From the NCBI RefSeq assembly GCF_009834535.1, contig NC_045696.1, positions 24,988,001-25,052,000 of the forward strand: DNA of 64,000 bases. Reading direction: 5' to 3'. The DNA is from Camelus ferus (Eukaryota). Positions 24,331-38,564 of this stretch are shown here, piece by piece; position 1 is the first letter of the stretch; each line of letters opens with the position of its first letter. The notes under the pieces were generated by a model. The model was not told the origin of the DNA and ran no database searches. It worked only from the letters and a program-made list of their open reading frames with translations. The position numbers were made by a program, and so were the translations under genes.

Positions 24331-26717
24331 AGCCTAGTTATTATATTTAGTAAAATTTTATCAGTCTTCTCACTGTGTAGGATATGTAGGTAGTCAAAAT
24401 AAGAAAATCTCTGTTGTTTTTTTTTTTTTTTAAACTCAGATTTGTGAATTTAACCCTGGAGATTGTGGCATAATAAATATGGAGTAGGGCCAGAAAAAAA
24501 TTTTTTCTGAACTTTCATGGTGAACAGAACACCAATCATGACTCTAATGCTACTGAAATATTTTCTGACACTTTATGTTTTTATACCTTCATTATTTATG
24601 CACATACAGGAAGTGTTGCCATAGCCCCATGCAAATCCATAATTTAGTACAGATGTGTCCTTCCATCTGCAGTCTCCATGGATCTTCTTGTGGAGTCTAG
24701 CTCTCCCTGCTTGGACCTTCCCTGTAACACATTCAGGAAGATGTGCTAGTCTCATAACAGAGCCATCTTACTGTGTGGTAATTACCACATCACCCTTACT
24801 TGAGTATGGCCTCTCCATGAGGCCTGAAATTTCATAATGTTCTTCAAAGATGTAATAACATTTATACTCAAGTAATTAAACAAGTTCTTCTATTTTGAAT
24901 ATACTGTATTGTCTAATTTGAATATCCCTTTTTTCATCATACTGCCTAGCTACTGAGTTATGTTATGGAAACAAACTTTAGCTGTCTACAAACACCTTCA
25001 AATCTAACCCTTATAGTGAAGATTAATGTCTAGGCAACATCTGTAAGATTATTTATTATCATATGGTATTTATAGCCCTTATTGTTGTTTTTTAAATGAT
25101 TAATGTTTATTTTGGTATAATGTACCATGAAGATTGGAATGATAAATGTATAACTCGTACACAAAGATAATATTTTTATATTTTTGTATCTAAAATACCA
25201 CATCAGAAGAAAAAGCCAAGTGTTATTTGTTTCCATTTGAATAACTGAATCAATTTCAAGTCATCTTTCATGGTGCAAGCATATTTACTTCTCTTTACTG
25301 AAATAATTACACACTATCTTTGGAGTTTTGTTTTCTTAACATGTCAGTGTGTCACTCACCATTTCTGCCTCATCCCATATCCATTCCTGATCTGCCTTTC
25401 TTTGGTATGCTTTCTTTGAGGAGTCTTTCATTTTGGAAATTTTCTTAGTTTCTAATAACTGTTACTTTTCTTGCAAATACATAGATGTTCTTTCCCATTT
25501 TATGTGTGCATTTATCTCAGAAGCATTCCATATGTACCTTTTCCCTGTAGCTCCTCAGAGATCTCTTTTGGAGATACTGATTTAGCATGTCACCACATAA
25601 AAAGCTTCAAGGACATGATGTCTGCTGATTTTTGCTTTGACATAGATTGAAATATCCACTCAGCATGGACAGGTGGAAAGGTTTGTTTTTCTTTTTCTCT
25701 TCAATGTTACATCACCTTAAAAAATGCAGAAACTAAGATTTAACTTTAGTGTTCTAAAAAATGGCCCCTTTCTGAATAACATGGGTTTTATTTCATCCAA
25801 CTTTTCATGTCAACGTTGAATACATATTGTACTGTATGAGCACTCCCTCACTGGACTGGAAAACGTTGCTGTGACAAACCATCAGAAAAATACATTCTAG
25901 TTGTTGTTCACATACTAAAGCTGACTCTTCTGAAAGCTTTTTGAATCCATTATAGGTTATAGTTGTCTTTGTATAACTTTAATTCATTTGAAGTCTGAAC
26001 TTCATGTACAATGCATTTGTTCTCACAGTTAATCATTTTTATATGCTAAATCATTTATAAACAAATGGCTTGTCCCTGAGAAGGAGTTTTAATGCTGAAG
26101 CTACATTAAATGCCAGCTAGGATGCTGTGCTAGTGGCTTCATCACAACAGAATTTGAGAAAATTGATGTACAATTTCTAAATCATAGTATTCCTGCATTC
26201 AGAGTTCTCCCTCAAATTTAAATTTTCACTCTAAAATTGGTAGTTCCCTTTGTAAAACTAGTTCTCATTTTTGCAAAGAAAGGGAGAATAAAACAAGAAA
26301 CAGCAATTCAGTAAACAATTAGAGGTTGGATTTCTTTTACAGGCTATTCAGTCCCTCTCTTTTCTCTCCACCCTCCCCACATACATACACATATATATAC
26401 TTAATTTAGAACACATAGAAGGAAAAAATGTGTTCACCATGCTGAAAAAAATCAAGTATCACATGTATGAGATCATATCTTAATAAATAATTATTAGAAA
26501 ATTATGAAGATGTAAATAGAATCTGAATTCTATTTATGATGTAGTTCTATTCCAATGTGTTTTGTGGGTAGACTGAGAACATATTTCTGAGAAATCTTAT
26601 TAGGAGACACACCATACTAAATAGAAGAAAGATATATATATATATATATGTATGTCTCTTAATTCTGAATTGATGGGAAATGAGTAGTCTTTTTTGGTAA
26701 GATGTACATAATTTTTG

Positions 26718-26925
26718 TTAGGACTGGCAAACTTTTTTCTGTAAAGGACCAGATAATTTATATTTTAGGCTTTGCTGACCATATGTCTCTCACTGTCTCT
26801 TTTTCTTCCTCTTCTTCCTCCTTCTTTCAACTTTGTAAAACTGTGAAAACCATTCTTAGCTCTCAGGCGAATGAAATGCACCATGAATCAGATTTGGTCT
26901 GTGGGCCCAGAGTGTGTAGAGTCCT
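26718..26925. mobile_element. hAT-Charlie MITE (MER58C-like)
   Basis: ggcaaacttttttctgtaaaggaccagataatttatattttaggctttgc...aaaaccattcttagctc...gatttggtctgtgggcc. Confidence 0.85.
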
Positions 26926-27044
26926 TTACATCATCAGAGTGCTGTTTTTCTTCTTAAATATAATATGTTAGAAATCAGCGGTGCTTCTGATTTGTGTCAG
27001 TTTTTAAAATTAGGTGGAAAAATCTGCCCTACATCTTTCAGTAG

Positions 27045-28190
27045 AGTATTTTTAAAGCAGTTTTAGATTGACAGAAAAAATTTGAGTGAAAAGCACAGAG
27101 TTCCCGTATACCCTTTACCCCTACCTCAGTATTTCCTGTTTCTGACATCCTGCTTGTGTGATACATTTGTTACAAGTGGCCCAGTATTTACACATTGTCC
27201 ATATAAAATCCGTAGTTTATATTAATGATCACTGTTTGTATTTCACATTCTATAGGTTTTGATAAATGTATGAGATGTACTCACCACTACAGTTTCATAC
27301 AAAATAATTGTATCTCTGCCCTAAAAATCCTCTGTGCTATGTCTATTCATCCTTTCTACCCTCTCCCCCAATCCCTGCTAACCAATGATTTTTTTTATCT
27401 CCATAATTTTTTGTTTTCCAGAATGTCGTATGTTGAAAACATACAGCAACCTCTTCAGATTGGCTTCTTTTGCTTAGTAATATGCACTTAAATTTCCTTC
27501 ATGTCTTTTCATAACTTGATAGGTCATTTCTTTTTGGCACTGAATTATATCCCATTGTCTGATGTACCAAAGTTTGTTTATCCATTCACTTACTGAATGG
27601 ATATACGCTTCCAAGTTTGGGCAATTATGAATAAAGTTGCTATAAATATTCACAGGCAAGTTTTTGTGTAGATACAAGTTGAATGGTTTTCAGTTCGATT
27701 ACCAGAAACTGTAATTGTTGGATCATGCAGTAAGAAATGTTTAGCTTTGTAAGAAGTAGCCAAACTGTCTTCCAAAGTGGATGTACCCACCCGCAATGAA
27801 TGAGAGTTTTTGTTGATCCACATCCTCACCAGCATTTGGTGTTGTCAGTGTTCCAGATTTTGGCCATTCTAGTGGGTGTTTTGTGGTACTGCATTATTGT
27901 TTTAATTTACATTTTCCTGATAGCACATGATCTTCAGCATTTTTCCAATGTGTTTGATACCTGTCTTCTTTGGTGAGGTGGATGTTTAGACTTTTTGCTT
28001 ACTTTTTTAAGTGAATTTTTTTTTTTACATCCAGCTAAGTTTTAAAAGAGTTCTTTGTATATTTTAGATAGCAGTCTTTCATCTGATATGTATTTTGAAA
28101 GATTTTTGTTCCCAGTATGTTTTTTGTCTTTTTAGTGTCTTAAGTGTCTTTTGCAGAGAATAAAATTTTTTACTTTAAGTGTAACATCAG
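27045..28190 (-). mobile_element. L1MC/MD-like 3' end (3'UTR + ORF2 C-terminus)
   Basis: tttaaagcagttttagattgacagaaaaaatttgagtgaaaagcacagagttccc is a 3'UTR signature. Minus ORFs 27474-27677 and 27650-27835 are frameshifted ORF2 remnants (SVSEWINKLWYI). Confidence 0.88.
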
Positions 28191-28317
28191 TTATTTCTTA
28201 GAAAGATTCTAAGCCTCAAAATGTAGAAAGCTTTCTACCATTTAAGATAATTTGATATTCAGACAAACACTACTTAGGAGTCCTTGAAACAGTCACAGAG
28301 TCTAAAAGCTTCACATT

Positions 28318-28318
28318 C

Positions 28319-28349
<31 letters not shown>

Positions 28350-28388
28350 AACAAAATAAGATGGAAAAAACAAACAAACAAACAAAAA
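28318..28388. repeat. (CAAAA)n / (CAAA)n compound microsatellite
   Basis: Directly visible. Confidence 0.92.
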
Positions 28389-31300
28389 GACTCAGATTCT
28401 GGTTCTATTTGTTAGTTCCTTATTTTCAGTTCAGGAACAGGTTACCTAACAGTGTAAGTGACACATATAGTAATTATTTTTTGCAGTGAAATGCCTTATG
28501 ACAGTCATCAAATCACCTTGAGTCTGATCTGTATCATTGTTATTAAACCAACATGTAATTAGCCAAAGATGAGAAACCATTTTGTAGTCTTTTTTATTTA
28601 ACCACATGTGTCTTCTGGCTTTTACATTTCTCCATTGCTGTTTCTCTAGTACAATCACTGGCATCATTTACGTAGATTTCTTAATGCCAAGTCCTTGACA
28701 AATACAATTTTCTCCCCCCTACTTTCCTATACTCTTCTCTGTTCATGTGGTCAACGTAAAGGAAGCATGTCTTAAGAGGAAATCATGTGCCACTTGACTT
28801 GCTGGGTGGCAGAGAAAGATGCTGAATGTATTCACCATGTCTGAGCTCCCTTCTTTGGTCTTTGCTCCATTTGAGGCATGTCCATTTTCTATTCCTCAGG
28901 CCTCCCCAGCCCCACCACTTTCAGGGTTGCTTGATACAACCTTGAGGCTAGAGCTTTATTGTATCCCTTTGTGCTACAAGACCAAGGATTGGATGTGGAG
29001 GAAGAGAATGCCTGTATTTTCATTTTATAAGACACAGAGCAGAAACATAAAGAAGGCGAGGCAGCCAGTGTGTCTCCTCTTTAACCAGTAATCACCCATC
29101 CCTTCAGCCAGATTCATGATTCACTGTCATTTAAAATATTAAGGACAAGGGAAAACCTGTGTAACTCTCCTCCATTTTCTCCTCAAACTTTAGCAGAGAT
29201 GTTCCAAAACTACATTTAATGTATGTCTTCTCTCTGCAGCCCACAGTTTTCTAAGACAGCTAGATAAATTTAGGGAGAATTGTGTACTATCACTGCTATG
29301 AATTTCAGCATCTGCTGTGGAGAGTAAAGCTCCAAGAACTGCTAAAAAGACCATATTTAATATTTTTTACCGAGTATTTTCCAAGCATTTATGAAGAATA
29401 TTACAGGGCTAATGTTCTATAAGAAATCCAGGTATCCTATGCAATAATGTAGATGTATACAAAATTTAATATAAGGATATATGTGAATTTTTAAAAAAGT
29501 ATCAGTTGTCCATTTTATTTTTGTTATTGTTCAGGCAAAGCAGTTAGATGTTCAAAAATTAAGAAAGCCTAGAACCACTCCAAGTTAAAGAGAGGAATGC
29601 TATGGCATGACTTTAGCAGAAGGAAATACTAAAGAAATACCATGAATTCACCATTTTCCTTATCCCTATTTAGTTTTTTGCTGGTACAAATGGAAACAAA
29701 TTCATTTCATGGTTCTGTCAATGTAATGTATAACGTAGCAGTAGCTATAGCTGACGCTCAGTATCTACAACAAGAGATGAGATGTAGCTTTAACGTCGTT
29801 ATTTGCATGAATGCCAGTGAGGAATTTCCACTTATGCTCTTGTTTTCAAGATAAGTGTTTAATTGAATTACAGAATTCATTTTACAATAAGACTCTGAGT
29901 AGAATATGAATTACTTTGCAAGAAAAATAGTTTGTACAGATGGGTCTGGGAGGATTTTAATGTCGCTGTAACCCCATTCCAGACTTCCATTTCTTACTTT
30001 TTCAGAAAAGGAATAATCTTAACGTTGTAAATGTCATAAAAGATGATGCTTGTGAATATGTTGTTTTCACTCAGAGTGGGCTCCATAAACTTCATTGTTG
30101 TTAATATTTTGGGTTTATGAGACTACTGTTTGCTGGCAATTCAAATCTGACTTAGGTTCTCAGTGTTGGAGGTGATGTTTGTAGGAGTTGAGAGCACAAG
30201 CTGACAACAAAACAATTTTGTCTTCTGTTTTGAACCATGCACCCTCACTGTGCCCTTCCCTAACTGCCTGAAACAGCTTTTATCATCTATAAGATGAGCT
30301 ATGATATGATATCTTAGGAAGGATTAGTATATAATAAAGTTTGCAGCACTCCTAGGTCAAGAACTGTTGCTCTGACTTAGTGTTTGCCTATCCTAGAATC
30401 CATCACACTGTATCCTATGTGCTCATACTTAACAGGGTGCCTAGTACATTGTAGGTTCTCAATCAATATTAGTGTCTTCCAGGCAAATGTAAAATGACAA
30501 CAGTATAAGCTTCATGTGGACAAGTATTCTTGTCTTATTTGCTTAAAGAACAATGACTGAAACTAACAGTCACTCAATTAATATCAGTTGTTTGAATTCA
30601 TAGTGAATGGCAGATCTTTTATTTACCACCAGTGATGCTCACTAGCATTGGCCCCCTGCTTAGGGAAAAAAAAAGTTGGACAATATATTTTGAGTCTTTC
30701 TGAGAAAATAGTTTTTTTTCCCTTTTCTTTACAGTTATAGCTCTAGTTGATATCATGGCCTTGATCTTATTTTAGGCTATAAAATGGAGGATATTATTCA
30801 GTTTTCAGTTTACTTAGTAATCCTATGAAGCTTTAAGTTTTCATTTCCCTATATATAATTTATTTTATGATGGAGTTGTTTATCTTAATTGGTATTCCTA
30901 TCTACACATAAACGTGACAATTAACTCATAACCTTATTTGAAAGAAAAGTAGTGCTTTTACTAAAATATTTTTAAATGGAGCATATTTAAATAAAATTAC
31001 AGGTAATTATATATGTGTATGTATATATATATATATATAAATTTTTAATTTAGTTTCTTTGTTCTTATTATTGAAATTCCTATTCTAATAACCTTATCAG
31101 TTTTTATAAGATTCATTTTTAGAAGAAAAACAAAGCTTAAAACATAATTGGTTTCTGTTAGTGATGTTTCCCTTAGTATAATTAAATAATTTAATAAAAT
31201 ATGGAAGGACAATTTTGTATACTAAGCTGCCTACATAATTTCCTGCATAAACTCTTAAGTAGAAAGTTTTTTAACTTTAGTGTCCATGTTAAAGTCAGTA

Positions 31301-32249
31301 TCATTAAGTGGTTTTTATTTTACAAATTCAAGCTACTTAGTGTGCAGATAGAAAGCCACCTGATCTTTAAGGCAATAACTGTTTGATTGCTGTCTATAAT
31401 CTTATTAAAATCTTCCCCAATAGAGTTGTTTTTTCTGTCAATATTTCTGTCAATACTACTAAGAATAGAGCTTGTCAGGACATAGGATATTCTGCTCTTA
31501 TACTTTATATGAAATTTCTTACCTTTCCAAATAGAATTAGAGGATTGCTACTCAAAATCAAATGCAAAATAAAAGGTCATCAGAATGTGTGTATAAGTTA
31601 GTGTGACATGGTGATACTGATTATTTTATTGCTGTGTTCTTAAAAGTACAGTCTACTTGGAAAAAAATTGGTAAAAAGGGATTTTTATTCTATCTTTGAA
31701 GAGAAACTTGAGATAAATGATTGCATTCGATATTCGCCTTTCTCCCTATAACTCCTCATCTTGGATCTCTAGCTACATTTGCACGAAGTTTAATACTACT
31801 TTTCTTGCTGAATTGTTAGATACAAGTTTGTTCAGTTTATATAGTTCACAAAGGGAATCTCTGCTTAACACTTTAATCTTATTTACATAACAGATTTGCT
31901 CATTTTCAAATTTGTAATCATTTATAAGAGAATTTATTAATAGAAATATAAGGATTTTACTTTACATGCAAGTTCAAGACAAAAAGAATAAAAAACGTTG
32001 CATCAGTGGCTTGCATGTGTCAACCTGATAGAGAGCAACAAAGGTCAGAAAATATGACACCCTATTACTGAACATAAGCATTTTTTAAATTTAGAAATTA
32101 GACTGTAGACCAGTTTTAGTACTTTATTACTACAAACCCTATATTTTTATTGTGATTTTTATGCAGTGTGATTGTCATGTCCTAGCCCAGGATCTCATTC
32201 ACATTTTTAGTAAACACAAAAAACTCTATTGTTTATTAAGTAACTTACT

Positions 32250-32600
32250 AATTCCTTCATTTATTCAACAAATGCTTATCACTACTATTATAGACGAACA
32301 CTTATAAGCATAGGCTATATTGTATTAAGTCAGATCTGCGTTTATGGAACTTAACACTTTAGTGAAGAAACAGACAATAAAGCAAAAATTCCTAAACTGT
32401 ATAATTATAAATGGGACAAGTTCTTGGGAAGGAAAACAGCACTATGAGAAAAAACTATGGAGGATATAAAGTATGTCAGGGACTTTTGGGGTCAAAGAAT
32501 GAAGGTCTGGGAAGTAGAGAGAGAGTGGGAGAGAAGGTCAAAGTGGTAGGTTTAATGTTTACAAGGGGCCAGCTGGTGCAGCATCATTTCATTCTGTATT
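32250..32600 (-). mobile_element. L2 3' fragment
   Basis: ttcatttattcaacaaatgcttatcactactatta...tttatggaacttaacactttagtgaagaaacagacaataaagcaa. Confidence 0.7.
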
Positions 32601-33069
32601 TAAATTAGAAAAATTAGAATAGAAAGTGGTTGACCGTTTTCTGAGTTTCTTTCAATTCTTGAAGCTCTCTTTAAGAAATTATTATAATACTTGATAAAAC
32701 AAATGAAGAAGAATAATAAACAAACACCTAAAAATGATGCTGGCATAGTTGGGTACTGAGTTTAGGAGATCCATTAAGTCCTTTATAAAGGTCACAAAAG
32801 TAACAATTATATATATAATATGCACAGGGATCTCTTGCCCATATGATTGGCCTAATTGTGGATATCCATTTGATTGTGAGTCTTTTGACCACTCCAAACG
32901 AAACTAATCGCACTCATTAACTTTATGCAGCAGTTTTTTTTCCTGCTAATTTCTGTTAGTGTAGTATATATCTTAATGAGATATAAATGCTTTAGACTAC
33001 ATGAAAATATTTCCTAAAAGTTTTCCATTTTACCAAAGAGGGAGGGTAACTAAGGCATGTGATTTAAAA

Positions 33070-33190
33070 AATAATTTTTATTGAAGCATAGTTGATTTAT
33101 AATGTTTATTAGTTTCTGATGTACAGCATAGTGATTCAGTTGTGTGTATATATACTTATTCTTTTTCATTACCTTCCACTATTCTTTTTA
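33070..33190 (-). mobile_element. Extreme 3' tail of cetartiodactyl L1
   Basis: ttttttattgaagcatagttgatttataatgtttattagtttctgatgtacagcatagtgattcagtt is the same tail type as the L1 at 5540-5600. Confidence 0.85.
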
Positions 33191-33239
33191 GACCTCAATT
33201 TCCCTCTAAGTAAGTTCTTTTCTAAAATAGCTTTAAAAA

Positions 33240-33373
33240 TTATTTTGGCAGGGGGGTGTTTAGGTTTATTTATTTATTCATTTATTTATTTTTAACAGAG
33301 GTGCTGGGTATTGAACCCAAGACCTCATGCATGCTAAGCATGAGCTCTACCACTGAGCTACACCCTCCTTCCT
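33240..33373 (-). mobile_element. tRNA(Ala-like)-derived SINE of camelid type
   Basis: Minus strand reads ggaaggagggtgTAGCTCAGTGGtagagctcatgcttAGCatgcatgaggtcttgGGTTCAATACCcagcacctctgttaaaaataaataaa...aaacctaaacacccccc. It has A and B boxes, an AGC anticodon-like loop and a (TAAA)n-ACCTAA tail, as recalled for camelid SINEs. Confidence 0.88.
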
Positions 33374-33409
33374 GGCACCTGATTTAAAAGATTTAAGATT
33401 TAACGAAGT

Positions 33410-33590
33410 AGACCAGGCTTAAAATTCTGAGAACTTATATCTCAACCACTACCCAGTATGGTGTAAGTGAAGTCTCAGAACCTTGGTTTTCTCAAATGAA
33501 AAATAGACATGGGAACACCAGTCTTATGTACTGTTTAAATGAGATAATTTAAATGATATAAATTATATAAAATGCAAAACACTCAAATAT
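33410..33590 (+). mobile_element. MIR fragment
   Basis: tctcagaaccttggttttctcaaatgaaaaatag...ttaaatgagataat core. Confidence 0.6.
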
Positions 33591-35799
33591 TAGTACCTCT
33601 TTTCTAATCCTGAGATCTTCCATTTCTCCTCCTTCAAATGATAAAAGCAACTTTATTAGAAAACAATTTTCTACTGTACACTTTCTAATTGAAGGAAAAC
33701 AGAGGAATCAGCATTTTCCTATCTAGTAGCTTTTATCTTCTTATCTTGTTGAGTTTTTAGAGTTAGGTATTATCAAATATATATGACCTCATGGCTCTAC
33801 GGATGATTCTTTTTATCCACACTTCGCTCACCATCACTGGACTGTGGCACACAGGCTCATGTCTGATCTCTGTGGGATGTGTGTGTGTATTTATTACATC
33901 CTGTATGCTTTTGCCATTTGAGAAGCTGGAAGAAAGAGGGAAGAAATAATAAGTAAAATTTTTACTCCAAAATAATGTCTTAACTTTTCTTTGAAGAAAT
34001 GTAACAATATAATTATTTAAACTTGGAACCTGTTAAACTATCCTTTTTTTTCCTCTTTTTTATAAGAATCTCAAAATGAATTGACTGTCAGCAGGATGAG
34101 GCACATGCCAGTATATACTGCCAGCTTGAGATCGTTCTTATCCCAGGACTTTTTTAGAATTGTCTATATGCCAATATTGAGAAAAATCTCAGTTACTTGC
34201 AGAGTTTTCCTGTGTATAGAAGTGAATTCAGTTCACAGATTTTGACTTGACTACTCAAAGTGCATAAGTCATTGCTTTTTTTAATGACTGGGGCTAAGTG
34301 AACCATCTTTTCAAATAATTTTAGGTGTCTCTTGGTTTATTTTATGTGTTAGTCCAAAAAAGGATATAAAGTAACTATAATAATTAAATTCACATCTAAA
34401 TTATAGAGAAATACATGGCACTCAGATTTAGCAGATTTTATGTGTCTGTATATGTGTATTCCTTACTACATGGATGACATACTTCTTTATTCTAATAACT
34501 TGTTTTATTGGCAAAAAGACACACAAGCAGAAATAATACAACTAAGGTGATGAAAGAATCTTGTATTTTCTGTTATCTTAGTCACCAGGCATTAAAAAAC
34601 AAGCTTATTTTTAGCCTCTCTAAATGAATTATTAGAGTTAACACAAGCAGGATGGCAAAGACTATAAAGAATCACTTGAGTTAAGTAGTCATTCCGAATA
34701 GCAATTGTAGATGGATGTTAATGAAAACAATATTTAGGATCTCATAATTGCTTTGAAATAATGTTGACTTGAAATATCTCCAGCACTTAGAAATATTCCT
34801 GGCATGCAGAAAATACTCAATTAGAATGTGTTGAACAGTTTAAAAAGTTTTTAAAAGCCAAGAGATATCCAGAACCTTGAACAAAAAAAACTTCAGATAT
34901 AAGTTTCATGTGATTTTCCAAGAAATACATGCAAGAAATACATATCAATGTCTTATTTAATTGTGGTGACCAGGGTGATATATACATGCCTGATCAGAGA
35001 GATGGTCAATTAGGGCAATAGATACTGGAATCAATAGTCATTTCATGTGTTGCAACAATGACATATTTAAGCCAAATTCTTTGATGGTATTCTGTCAATA
35101 CTGCGGATTTTATTAATGTCCACAGGCTTCACAGGTTAGTATGTATTTTTTAGATTTTCTCCTTCCTCTTTATCTTCAACTATTCTCACTCTCATAGTAT
35201 TGAAACAATTTTAAATTTCTCCTTTTTTAAAAGCAAAACGAAAACTTATGCCATATTTTCCTTTCCTCCTCTTAATAATAGAAATTGTTTATAATGTAGT
35301 ATAATAATCATAGTAGTAACCAGAATTTCTTAATGCGCTTAATATTTTCCCTGTTCGTGAAGTGTGCTATTGTTTTACTTATATCGTCTTTCAAATTCTC
35401 ACAATAAACTTTGTAAAATGTTGACAACAGACATAATTTCAACCTAAGAGATAGGCTGAAGGAGAGAGAGAGAGAGTGCAACTTTCTGAAGGACAAACAG
35501 TGAGTAAATGGAAAGATATAAACTTACCTCAGTTCTATCTTACTTTGAATTCTTTCCTTCATTGAGGGCTCTGTCTCTCCTGCCTTTTTTTTTTAAACTT
35601 TCTTATTAAAGCACCTCCTTCTGAGTCCCTTCTCAGGACCCCTCAATTCTTAAAGCATTCCGCAGAAAGCAGCCCTCAATGGTGTCAGTACTGTTAAAAG
35701 GTGACAATAAGGGATGAATTATAAGATTCATCAATCTGTATTTTTACTTGCACTCTGGCAGTTTGGGACCATATCAACCCTACCCTTCATCTAGAAATC

Positions 35800-36385
35800 T
35801 GTTGTTAATCTCCCAAGCACCCACAGTCTCCCAGATTTAGCTTGCCCTGTCTGACCCTCTTTCTCAGCCCCTTTTTCCACGCTGATCCTCTTCCTAGTTC
35901 TGTGCCCTTAAATGCTGAATCTTTATTAGGGCTAAATTTCTACACTCCACCTATGAAATCTCTATTCCCATGACTTCAACCACTAGATAGTCAAGAGTAA
36001 CTGTCAAACCCACGCCTCTGTGCAGATCATTTCCTCCCAGACGTAGGCTCTCACTGCTGCTGCTTCATAGGGCCTGTTCCCTCTTCTTTGCTCCATTTTC
36101 TTGGCAAAGTAACTCCTACTCATCCTTCAAATCTAAGTGCAAACGTTCCTTCTTCAGGAAGGCCTTGGAGACCTCGTAGGTTTAGTTAAATTGCCTTGCT
36201 ATTCATTTTCCAAGTGGTTTATGCTTTCTTTCTCACTCCAAATTCCACCTTTAAGAGAAATATCCAGTAGAATATACAGTTTGCAAGAATGAGGACAAAG
36301 TTTAACTTGCTTCATAAGCTAGTATTGAAGTTTAGGAATATTTTTGACATGTAGCAAATGCTAAGACACATTTGTTGAATTCAGT
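35800..36385 (+). mobile_element. L2 3' portion
   Basis: aactcctactcatccttcaaatctaagtgcaaacgttccttcttcaggaaggcctt...gacatgtagcaaatgctaagacacatttgttgaat (L2 3' terminus). Confidence 0.78.
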
Positions 36386-37399
36386 GAAAACCTACAACTC
36401 ATATTTATTTCGTAGTTGTGTAAGGTGTGGATACCAGCATCTCTATGAAAGGTTTTGCTGTCCTACATTTTTAATGATATAGAAGTCATGCCAAGAGAGT
36501 GTCATATCTAGATAAAATGAAGCATTCCAAAGCATATATATGATTTATTTGAATCATTTGTGGGGGGGGCAGAAAGACAATTTCCTAAAGGTATTTCTTT
36601 TAAATTCTGTCTTAAAGCTGTGTGTAAGTAGAAAATTGAGTTTATATTACATTAGAAGGTAGTGTAACATCTTTTTAAATTCACTGTGCAATCTTTAATC
36701 AAATAAGTAAATGCTTTATTTATTTCCAAGGTTAAAGCATACATTCTCCTCATCTGGAATGCCAAGTCTGGAGGAAAACATATCTAATAATGTATGAAAC
36801 TGAAGGCTAATTTTACTTTTCATCATTCTGGTATCATTTAAAGACCTAATCCTGTCTTATTTCTTGTTGTATGTTTTCAACAAATACAATTTTTTGAAAT
36901 TACAGCTATTCTTCTGGATATGAAATTAACCTCAATAAATTATTTATTTTTGAACACTTACTCCATGCTAATGAAAAATCCTTGGCTGAGCATTTTAAAT
37001 TCTTTACTTCAGTCTGCACCAGCTTTGACAATAAATTGACTTTCAACGGAGAATATTTAAAATGTCTGCATGAGATTAAAAACTTTCCTTTGATCAAAGA
37101 ATCCCTATATTTCTAATGCTTAAGGCATGAAAAATTCGAGGTGACTTTGGCCACTAAATAACTAAGTAAAATGTACATTCTTAGATTTGGGGGTTTAGAG
37201 AAAAGGAACTTGTAAGAATTTCCTGGTGAAATCATGTTGATTGGACCTTAAACCTCAATTAAAAAACAAAAAGAAAACAAATAATCAAGTTGGACACCAA
37301 AATGTAATAAAAAGCTGTCATCTCAGAGGACTTTGAACACCATCATAAAACATTAACATACTTCTTTTTAGTAATAAGCAAGAAAAGCTGTCACAAACT

Positions 37400-37600
37400 T
37401 AGAGCAAAAGGAGAGCTTAAGCAGAAGATGGGATAGAAACAGCTTAGGTCCAAATCCTTGTTCAGTTGCTGGTGGCAAACCTTAAGCAAGCAATCAACCT
37501 CTCATCTTCTCCTTTTCTTCATCCGTAAAGAATGAGTAATTGAACTCACTCTACTCCGTCAAGTGTTTTTGTGAGAAGTTGCATAACTTTGAAATTTTGT
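37400..37600 (+). mobile_element. MIR fragment
   Basis: ttaggtccaaatccttgttcagttgct...accttaagcaagcaatcaacctctcatcttctccttttcttcatccgtaaa. Confidence 0.7.
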
Positions 37601-38564
37601 GATAGTATATAGTTATTTAACCAGCTATATTAATGGAAATTCCTTTAAAAATTAGCTCTTTGTTTTGAAATAAAAATTCTAATTAATTTAATTAAATCTA
37701 CTTTGTCCAGCTTTGGAAAATTTTAGGCAACATAGCTACATCAAGGGGAAATACAGCATGCATACACACTCCCCCCACCACCCCACAGTATATATATAAA
37801 TTTTTCTTATAAACTTTTAGCAATTATTAAACTTTACAGATTATACATTCACAAAGGTGTTGCTACATAGAAGAATAGAAATGCTTCAGCCTCTCTATTA
37901 ATTGGAAAAAAAACTGTATAATTGAAAAACCCTGTTTGTTCAGAGTACCTAACAGAAGAGAGCAGCTGGAGTAAATGTTTGTTATTTTTCTATTGCTTAT
38001 GTTGTGAAAGTAAGACAGATGAAAGAAAAAGTCTGTTCTATCCATCAAAAAGTGGTATTTCTGGCCCAGTTTTTGATGATGCATCTTCTTCATAGAAAAT
38101 AGAAAATGGTGCTAAGTCAGCTACATAATTGCTTTGTTTTCCTCCTAGTCCCCTGTGGGTCCAATAAATGCTTATTGAATAAATGCTTATCAAAAGGCTA
38201 TTTTGAGTAACATACTTTAGAAGCAAAAATTATTAAGATACACTTAGGCATTTATAAGAGAGTTATGAAATATGCATAGAAATTATCAATAAAAAGCAAA
38301 ATGTGCTAAATAACGCAAAAGTGGTATACCAGATTGTTATGGGAGCCCAAAATTAAGAAAGTATTCTGGGATGAGTGAGGAGTCCTCTAAATTTTTTTTG
38401 GCCATCAACCAGAACTGTATTTCAGTGAAGGAAACAGTAAGGGAATGGTGATGAGGCAGGAAGACTGGACATTACGTTGAGGGAAAAGTAAAGAGAAAAA
38501 AATACCAGAAAATGAAAGGCCTTTTGAGAGAAAATCAAGTTGTATCAAGCTACTAGTTTGATTT

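Noticed and set aside
33296..33370. tRNA-Ala-like sequence with A and B boxes
   Set aside because: Followed by a (TAAA)n SINE tail and lacks an intact acceptor stem, so it is called a SINE rather than a tRNA gene.
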